Position numbers and translations under genes: made by a program. Below are positions 1 through 4,200 of a stretch of DNA of 4,200 nt, in pieces. The notes beneath the pieces are model-generated. The model was not told the origin of the DNA. It did not search any database and worked only from the letters and a program-made list of their open reading frames with translations. The stretch lies in the NCBI GenBank assembly GCA_000004985.1, contig GG739191.1; one strand, written 5' to 3'. Source of the DNA: Naegleria gruberi (Eukaryota). How positions within the stretch are numbered: the first letter of the stretch is position 1; each line of letters begins with the position of its first letter.

Positions 1-111
1 TATGCTTTGGAAGTTTGGGGATTTGAACAAATTGTCAAGAAGGAAACTAGATCCAATTCAATCAAGACTAATGTTGCTGCCTCAACTCTATTGGATTATT
101 CACATTATTAG
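1..111 (+). CDS. 3'-terminal fragment of an upstream plus-strand gene (36 codons plus TAG; product unknown), running in from the left edge
   Basis: Frame 1 is open from nt 1 to TAG at 109-111 and reads YALEVWGFEQIVKKETRSNSIKTNVAASTLLDYSHY*. GC is clearly higher than in the flanking AT-rich spacer. Codons are dictyostelid-preferred (gct, gaa, gtt, caa, att, act, aga, tca, aat, gat, cat, tat), with mostly A/T third positions. The alternative open frame 2 (ATG at 2-4) uses rare codons (ggg, agg, ctg, ctc) and is less likely. The fragment is not in the ORF track because it has no in-window ATG and is short. Confidence 0.45.
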   Translation, partial: YALEVWGFEQIVKKETRSNSIKTNVAASTLLDYSHY

Positions 112-305
112 TAGTAAATAACACTCTTAAATAACACACTCCAGATCAATTTTGAAAATGTAAATAAAAACTTAATTTTATTTAGAAGAGGAGATGAGAG
201 AATTATTGTTGGCAGAACTATTATTGATACATTTTTGCATTTCACTTGATGTGTATTGTGCAATTTCCTTAATATATTCAAAAGTATCCATTTGAGATTT
301 TTCAC
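108..305 (-). other. 65-aa ORF from the track, most likely spurious
   Basis: It overlaps the 3' end of the coiled-coil CDS in another frame and runs through the AT-rich spacer. Its composition is hydrophobic low-complexity typical of out-of-frame AT-rich DNA. There is no independent support. Confidence 0.1.
153..158 (+). promoter_or_regulatory. AATAAA hexamer, a candidate poly(A) signal for the plus-strand gene ending at 111, inside the 66-bp convergent spacer 112-177
   Basis: aataaa lies at 153-158, about 45 nt downstream of the TAG. The spacer also has a 10-bp direct repeat, taaataacac, at 114-123 and 129-138. This is motif-level evidence only. Confidence 0.25.
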
Positions 306-1122
306 AACTAGTTAGTGTAGAATCAAAGTTTTGTTTGTGATCTGCAACAATATGAGTGGTATCAATACGAATATTCATACATGCATTTCTCTTTTGAATG
401 AAATAAGCTTCTTCCTTAGCAATTGTTTCTTCTAATTGAGCAATAATTAATTCATTTTGATCAAGTTGATGTCTATATTCAATCTTTTCATTATGAACAC
501 GTTGACTATATTCTTCAGTTGCTTTAATTCTCTTTTCAATTTGTAACAATTCTTCTGTATGATGTTGTTTCATTTGTGAATAAATATCATCTAATTTAGA
601 ATGAGCTTCCATTAAATTATGATGTAATTCTTGTTGATCTTGTAATACTTGTTCTAAATCTAATAATATATGATCTTTTTCAATTGAAAGTTCTTGTGCT
701 TGTTGAATTTGTGATTGTAGTGAATTTAATTGTGTTTTTAAAATTGACTTTTTTTGTTTTACATCATTAATTCTCCATCTATTAAATGTTGTACTAAATG
801 TCATGTTATTTAAAATATTATTAGAAGTATTAACATTATTTGAAGAAATAGAATTAAATAATAAATTTTGATCAATTCTTAATACACTATTATTATATTG
901 ATTAATTAAATTAATTGAATTTTCATTTAAATTAATTAATTGATGTTTAACAATTTCTAATTGATCTTTTGAATATTTTAATTGTTTTAATAATCTTGAA
1001 TCTTCTTCTTCTAAATTTAATTTTTCTCTATTTAAATTTTGAACTTCAAAAGGAGTAATTGTTTGTTGTTCAATTTGTTTTTGATAAATTTCATTTTCTC
1101 TCTTCTTATTTTCAGATTGTAA
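178..1122 (-). CDS. Coiled-coil protein, 3'-complete (stop TAA = revcomp of 178-180). The 5' end is truncated by the assembly gap. At least 315 codons are visible.
   Basis: The ORF track gives 178..804(-), 208 aa. It is rich in Q/E/L/K/I with heptad-like spacing (LQSQIQQAQELSIEKDHILLDLEQVLQDQQELHHNLMEAHSKLDD..., LDQNELIIAQLEETIAKEEAYF). I translated the same minus frame by hand from 805 to 1122 and found no stop. It reads (N to C) LQSENKKRENEIYQKQIEQQTITPFEVQNLNREKLNLEEEDSRLLKQLKYSKDQLEIVKHQLINLNENSINLINQYNNSVLRIDQNLLFNSISSNNVNTSNNILNN, followed by MTFSTT... The Met at 802-804 is therefore just the first in-window ATG, not the true start. No family is recognised. Confidence 0.8.
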   Translation of the reverse strand, partial: LQSENKKRENEIYQKQIEQQTITPFEVQNLNREKLNLEEEDSRLLKQLKYSKDQLEIVKHQLINLNENSINLINQYNNSVLRIDQNLLFNSISSNNVNTSNNILNNMTFSTTFNRWRINDVKQKKSILKTQLNSLQSQIQQAQELSIEKDHILLDLEQVLQDQQELHHNLMEAHSKLDDIYSQMKQHHTEELLQIEKRIKATEEYSQRVHNEKIEYRHQLDQNELIIAQLEETIAKEEAYFIQKRNACMNIRIDTTHIVADHKQNFDSTLTSCEKSQMDTFEYIKEIAQYTSSEMQKCINNSSANNNSLISSSK

Positions 1123-2541
1123 NNNNNNNNNNNNNNNNNNNNNNNNNNNNNNNNNNNNNNNNNNNNNNNNNNNNNNNNNNNNNNNNNNNNNNNNNNNNNN
1201 NNNNNNNNNNNNNNNNNNNNNNNNNNNNNNNNNNNNNNNNNNNNNNNNNNNNNNNNNNNNNNNNNNNNNNNNNNNNNNNNNNNNNNNNNNNNNNNNNNNN
1301 NNNNNNNNNNNNNNNNNNNNNNNNNNNNNNNNNNNNNNNNNNNNNNNNNNNNNNNNNNNNNNNNNNNNNNNNNNNNNNNNNNNNNNNNNNNNNNNNNNNN
1401 NNNNNNNNNNNNNNNNNNNNNNNNNNNNNNNNNNNNNNNNNNNNNNNNNNNNNNNNNNNNNNNNNNNNNNNNNNNNNNNNNNNNNNNNNNNNNNNNNNNN
1501 NNNNNNNNNNNNNNNNNNNNNNNNNNNNNNNNNNNNNNNNNNNNNNNNNNNNNNNNNNNNNNNNNNNNNNNNNNNNNNNNNNNNNNNNNNNNNNNNNNNN
1601 NNNNNNNNNNNNNNNNNNNNNNNNNNNNNNNNNNNNNNNNNNNNNNNNNNNNNNNNNNNNNNNNNNNNNNNNNNNNNNNNNNNNNNNNNNNNNNNNNNNN
1701 NNNNNNNNNNNNNNNNNNNNNNNNNNNNNNNNNNNNNNNNNNNNNNNNNNNNNNNNNNNNNNNNNNNNNNNNNNNNNNNNNNNNNNNNNNNNNNNNNNNN
1801 NNNNNNNNNNNNNNNNNNNNNNNNNNNNNNNNNNNNNNNNNNNNNNNNNNNNNNNNNNNNNNNNNNNNNNNNNNNNNNNNNNNNNNNNNNNNNNNNNNNN
1901 NNNNNNNNNNNNNNNNNNNNNNNNNNNNNNNNNNNNNNNNNNNNNNNNNNNNNNNNNNNNNNNNNNNNNNNNNNNNNNNNNNNNNNNNNNNNNNNNNNNN
2001 NNNNNNNNNNNNNNNNNNNNNNNNNNNNNNNNNNNNNNNNNNNNNNNNNNNNNNNNNNNNNNNNNNNNNNNNNNNNNNNNNNNNNNNNNNNNNNNNNNNN
2101 NNNNNNNNNNNNNNNNNNNNNNNNNNNNNNNNNNNNNNNNNNNNNNNNNNNNNNNNNNNNNNNNNNNNNNNNNNNNNNNNNNNNNNNNNNNNNNNNNNNN
2201 NNNNNNNNNNNNNNNNNNNNNNNNNNNNNNNNNNNNNNNNNNNNNNNNNNNNNNNNNNNNNNNNNNNNNNNNNNNNNNNNNNNNNNNNNNNNNNNNNNNN
2301 NNNNNNNNNNNNNNNNNNNNNNNNNNNNNNNNNNNNNNNNNNNNNNNNNNNNNNNNNNNNNNNNNNNNNNNNNNNNNNNNNNNNNNNNNNNNNNNNNNNN
2401 NNNNNNNNNNNNNNNNNNNNNNNNNNNNNNNNNNNNNNNNNNNNNNNNNNNNNNNNNNNNNNNNNNNNNNNNNNNNNNNNNNNNNNNNNNNNNNNNNNNN
2501 NNNNNNNNNNNNNNNNNNNNNNNNNNNNNNNNNNNNNNNNN
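1123..2541. other. Assembly gap of 1419 consecutive N; a further single ambiguous base at 2580
   Basis: Read directly from the sequence. The plus-strand ORF 1059..2552 in the track is almost entirely X and is an artifact of translating N. Confidence 0.99.
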
Positions 2542-2640
2542 CGCTAACTTAAATTTGGCGCCAAAATCACTTGTTAAATNTCAGCCTTCCACCAAGCCTT
2601 CCTTTTCAACAACATTCAATAGCCTCCCAACATTTATAAA
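2542..2640. other. C-rich island on the plus strand, compositionally anomalous, immediately right of the gap. Its nature is unresolved: a terminal exon of a plus-strand gene, a repeat or ncRNA fragment, or 3' UTR.
   Basis: Positions 2582-2632 are roughly 45% C on the plus strand, in a genome that is otherwise more than 80% AT. There is a GGCGCC at 2557-2562. There is a direct repeat AGCCTTCC acca AGCCTTCC at about 2583-2602. Plus frame 2 is open from 2543 to TAA at 2672-2674 (ANLNLAPKSLVKXQPSTKPSFSTTFNSLPTFIKLNDHYILINE*), but it uses C-ending codons (gcg, cag, tcc, acc, agc, ctc) that are rare in this genome. No tRNA A/B-box and no GGTTCGAATCC-like motif is present on either strand. Confidence 0.3.
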
Positions 2641-2692
2641 ACTAAATGATCATTACATTCTAATAAATGAATAATTATACATTTAAATAAAT

Positions 2693-2698
2693 TTTATT
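2693..2698 (-). promoter_or_regulatory. AATAAA on the minus strand overlapping the stop codon, a candidate poly(A) signal for the minus-strand gene
   Basis: The minus strand reads ...tta taa taaaattt...; the aataaa is the revcomp of 2693-2698. This is motif-level evidence only. Confidence 0.3.
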
Positions 2699-3161
2699 AT
2701 AATAAATTATTACTATTTAAAATATGATAAGAAGGTATTGTAATTAATAATCTATTTAAATTATATTCATCATTATTATTATAATTTTTATCATGTTTAT
2801 AAATAACACCACTATTAATTACATTTCTATTCCAAATTAAATTACCATTTATAGTATCTATTTTAATAAATGGAGCATATCTATGTGATTTTAAATATTC
2901 TTTACAATATAATTCTTTTGTAACAATTTCACTTGTTAAATATTCTTCAATTTCATTTAATTCATTTTCTAAATCTTGTAAATTAATTTTATTTTCAAAT
3001 TCTTTATTTTCATTAATTTGATTATTTTTAATTAATTTATTTAATCTATTTTGTAAATTATTTATATTATTATTATTATTATTAGAATGATTGTTATTAC
3101 TATTAATATTTAAATTATTATTATTATTAGAATGATTATTATTTAAATTATTATTATTAGA
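2697..3161 (-). CDS. Downstream (C-terminal) coding segment of the second minus-strand gene. It is in a different frame from the upstream ORF: 154 sense codons from 3161 down to 2700, with stop TAA = revcomp of 2697-2699.
   Basis: I translated the minus frame whose codon low coordinates are multiples of 3. It reads SNNNNLNNNHSNNNNNLNINSNNNHSNNNNNNINNLQNRLNKLIKNNQINENKEFENKINLQDLENELNEIEEYLTSEIVTKELYCKEYLKSHRYAPFIKIDTINGNLIWNRNVINSGVIYKHDKNYNNNDEYNLNRLLITIPSYHILNSNNLL*. It has no ATG, so it is absent from the ORF track. Its composition is protein-like and K/E/L-rich. The frame is bounded upstream by an in-frame TAA (revcomp of 3162-3164). Confidence 0.6.
   Translation of the reverse strand, partial: SNNNNLNNNHSNNNNNLNINSNNNHSNNNNNNINNLQNRLNKLIKNNQINENKEFENKINLQDLENELNEIEEYLTSEIVTKELYCKEYLKSHRYAPFIKIDTINGNLIWNRNVINSGVIYKHDKNYNNNDEYNLNRLLITIPSYHILNSNNLL
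3066..3161. repeat. Coding minisatellite. The unit is (att)5 agaatgatt ... atttaa, present as a 45-nt copy, a 33-nt copy and a partial third copy. Two 27-nt cores match at 26/27 and are spaced 48 nt apart.
   Basis: 3066-3092 is attattattattattagaatgattgtt. 3114-3140 is attattattattattagaatgattatt. The unit lengths differ by 12 nt, which preserves the frame. On the minus strand this encodes repeated NNNHSNNNNNL. Confidence 0.7.
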
Positions 3162-4200
3162 TTACAATAATATTTAATTTTTAAAGAAATGTTTAATAAT
3201 TTTTGTTTATAATTTAATAAAATATTTTGAATATAAAAATCATGATGTGAAGTTTTAATAATTAAATTAATTAAATTAGAAATTAAATCTACTAAATAAG
3301 TAATTTCATTTAAATGAGTTAAAATATTTATAAATTTAATATTTTCTAAATATTGTTTTTTAAAAATTAAATAAAATTGATTTGATTGTTTAATATTTTT
3401 CAAATTATTTTTAAAATTTAATCTCTTTTCTTGTAAATTTAAATTTAAATCATTTACAAATTTAGTAATAAAATGTTCATTTAATTCCTTTTTAATTTTT
3501 AATTGTAAATTAGATTTATTATAATTATTAAATAAAATTAAATATTCTTGAAATATTTCATTCCAATTTAATTCAATTAAAATATTTTTTAAATTATTAT
3601 TAATTTCATTTATATTACTTTCTAAAATAGGTAATGTATTTAATAAAATAAATAATAATTCCATTTGTTTTTCAATTTGATTATTTTTTAAATTTCTAAA
3701 ATGTAAAATTTGAAAATATTTAACATTACTAAAAATAAAATTAAAAATTAATAAAATTTCTATAAATGATTTATCTAAACCTATATTTGTAGTATTATCT
3801 ATTAATATACATGATGTATTATAATGATATTCATATAATTTTGTAATATTTTCAATACATTTATTTAATATTTCATAATATTTAATAAAATTACCATTTT
3901 TAACATTTTCATTACCAAATATATATTTCATCCAAATCATTGAAGGTAAAATTAATTTATTTTCCATAAATTTTTTAATTGAATTATAATATTCAATTGA
4001 TATAAATGGTGATGTTAATTCTTGATTTTTTATATTATTTAAATTATTTAAATTATTTAATTGTTGATTATTATTATTATTATTAATATTATTATTATTA
4101 TTATTTAATTGTTGATGGTGATGATGATTTATTTGATTATTATTATTTACATTATTTACATGTTCATGTTGTTGTGATGATGATTGTTGTAATTGTTGTA
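3143..4200 (-). CDS. Upstream part of the second minus-strand gene. Its 5' end lies beyond the right window edge. It has an N/Q/H-rich low-complexity N-terminal region followed by an I/L/N/K-rich region. The stop is at 3143-3145 in this frame.
   Basis: The ORF track gives 3143..3967(-), 274 aa (MENKLILPSMIWMKYIFGNENV...YYCNLIIII*). I translated by hand upstream of the Met at 3965-3967 and the frame stays open to 4200. It reads (N to C) QQLQQSSSQQHEHVNNVNNNNQINHHHHQQLNNNNNNNINNNNNNQQLNNLNNLNNIKNQELTSPFISIEYYNSIKKFMENK... The annotated Met is therefore internal. No family is recognised. Confidence 0.75.
   Translation of the reverse strand, partial: QQLQQSSSQQHEHVNNVNNNNQINHHHHQQLNNNNNNINNNNNNQQLNNLNNLNNIKNQELTSPFISIEYYNSIKKFMENKLILPSMIWMKYIFGNENVKNGNFIKYYEILNKCIENITKLYEYHYNTSCILIDNTTNIGLDKSFIEILLIFNFIFSNVKYFQILHFRNLKNNQIEKQMELLFILLNTLPILESNINEINNNLKNILIELNWNEIFQEYLILFNNYNKSNLQLKIKKELNEHFITKFVNDLNLNLQEKRLNFKNNLKNIKQSNQFYLIFKKQYLENIKFINILTHLNEITYLVDLISNLINLIIKTSHHDFYIQNILLNYKQKLLNISLKIKYYCNLIIII
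4034..4105. repeat. (attatttaa)x3 tandem repeat at 4034-4060, then imperfect (att)6 aat (att)6 at 4067-4105. A 17-bp direct repeat attatttaattgttgat occurs at 4052-4068 and again at 4100-4116.
   Basis: Read directly from the sequence. On the minus strand this encodes LNN LNN LNN and poly-Asn within the N-terminal low-complexity region of the gene. Confidence 0.7.

Noticed and set aside
2-124. Alternative plus frame 2 with ATG at 2-4 (MLWKFGDLNKLSRRKLDPIQSRLMLLPQLYWIIHIISSK*)
   Set aside because: It is also open, but it uses codons rare for this genome (ggg, agg, ctg, ctc, cac) and lacks A/T third-position bias. Frame 1 fits the codon usage much better. Both cannot be coding.
805-960. Possible small intron in the low-complexity N/S-rich segment of the coiled-coil gene
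   Set aside because: The frame is continuously open. The only GT/AG pairs on the minus strand (for example around 878-886) are a few nt apart, far below minimal intron size. Nothing requires splicing here.
1059-2552. 497-aa plus-strand ORF from the six-frame track
   Set aside because: More than 470 of its residues are X from translating the N gap. The only real residues are MFVVQFVFDKFHFLSSYFQIV, which is antisense to the well-supported coiled-coil frame, plus LT at the end. It is an artifact.
2542-2640. tRNA gene or dictyostelid ncRNA upstream element in the C-rich island
   Set aside because: There is no A-box or B-box, no GGTTCGAATCC-like T-arm and no convincing cloverleaf on either strand. 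ctcccaacat resembles the CCCAYAA DUSE motif but mismatches at the Y position, and a transcript launched from it would run into coding sequence.
3060-3160. Short direct repeats with spacers (superficially CRISPR-like), and any prokaryotic defence or mobile system
   Set aside because: The sequence is eukaryotic (dictyostelid-like) by composition and codon usage. The repeats are AT trinucleotide and minisatellite tracts that translate in-frame to poly-Asn within an ORF. There are no cas-like ORFs, no inverted terminal repeats and no integrase or transposase-like reading frames anywhere in the visible sequence.
3011-3165. Canonical GT-AG introns that could join the two minus-strand frames (donor gtaatc at 3165; acceptors ending at 3100, 3046 or 3011)
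   Set aside because: Intron lengths of 66 and 120 nt are multiples of 3, so they do not change frame. The 155-nt option has the right phase but produces a TAA at the splice junction and would discard clearly protein-like frame-B sequence. The donor at 3292-3291 gives the wrong phase with all three acceptors.

Overview
This window looks like nuclear DNA from a dictyostelid social amoeba (Dictyostelium-like), not a prokaryote. I base this on extreme AT-richness, coding tracts of (aat)n and (caa)n giving poly-Asn and poly-Gln, and codon usage with A or T at third positions (tta, aat, caa, gaa, ggt, cca). No operon-type system, CRISPR array, defence island or mobile element can be supported from what is visible. 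The window contains four things. (1) Positions 1-111 on the plus strand hold the last 36 codons of an upstream gene. (2) Convergent with it, positions 178-1122 on the minus strand encode a 3'-complete coiled-coil protein whose 5' part is lost in the gap. (3) An assembly gap of 1419 N spans 1123-2541, and there is one more ambiguous base at 2580. (4) A second minus-strand gene enters from beyond 4200. It is open in one frame down to a stop at 3143-3145. It continues as a clearly protein-like 154-codon open frame in a different frame from 3161 down to a stop at 2697-2699. The two frames overlap by 16 nt, and no phase-compatible GT-AG intron joins them. This apparent frameshift is the most checkable oddity here. 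The right edge of the gap (2542-2640) is a C-rich island that is anomalous for this genome. It has an 8-bp direct repeat, and a plus-strand frame is open from the gap to 2674. The ORF-track entry 1059..2552(+) is an artifact of translating Ns.
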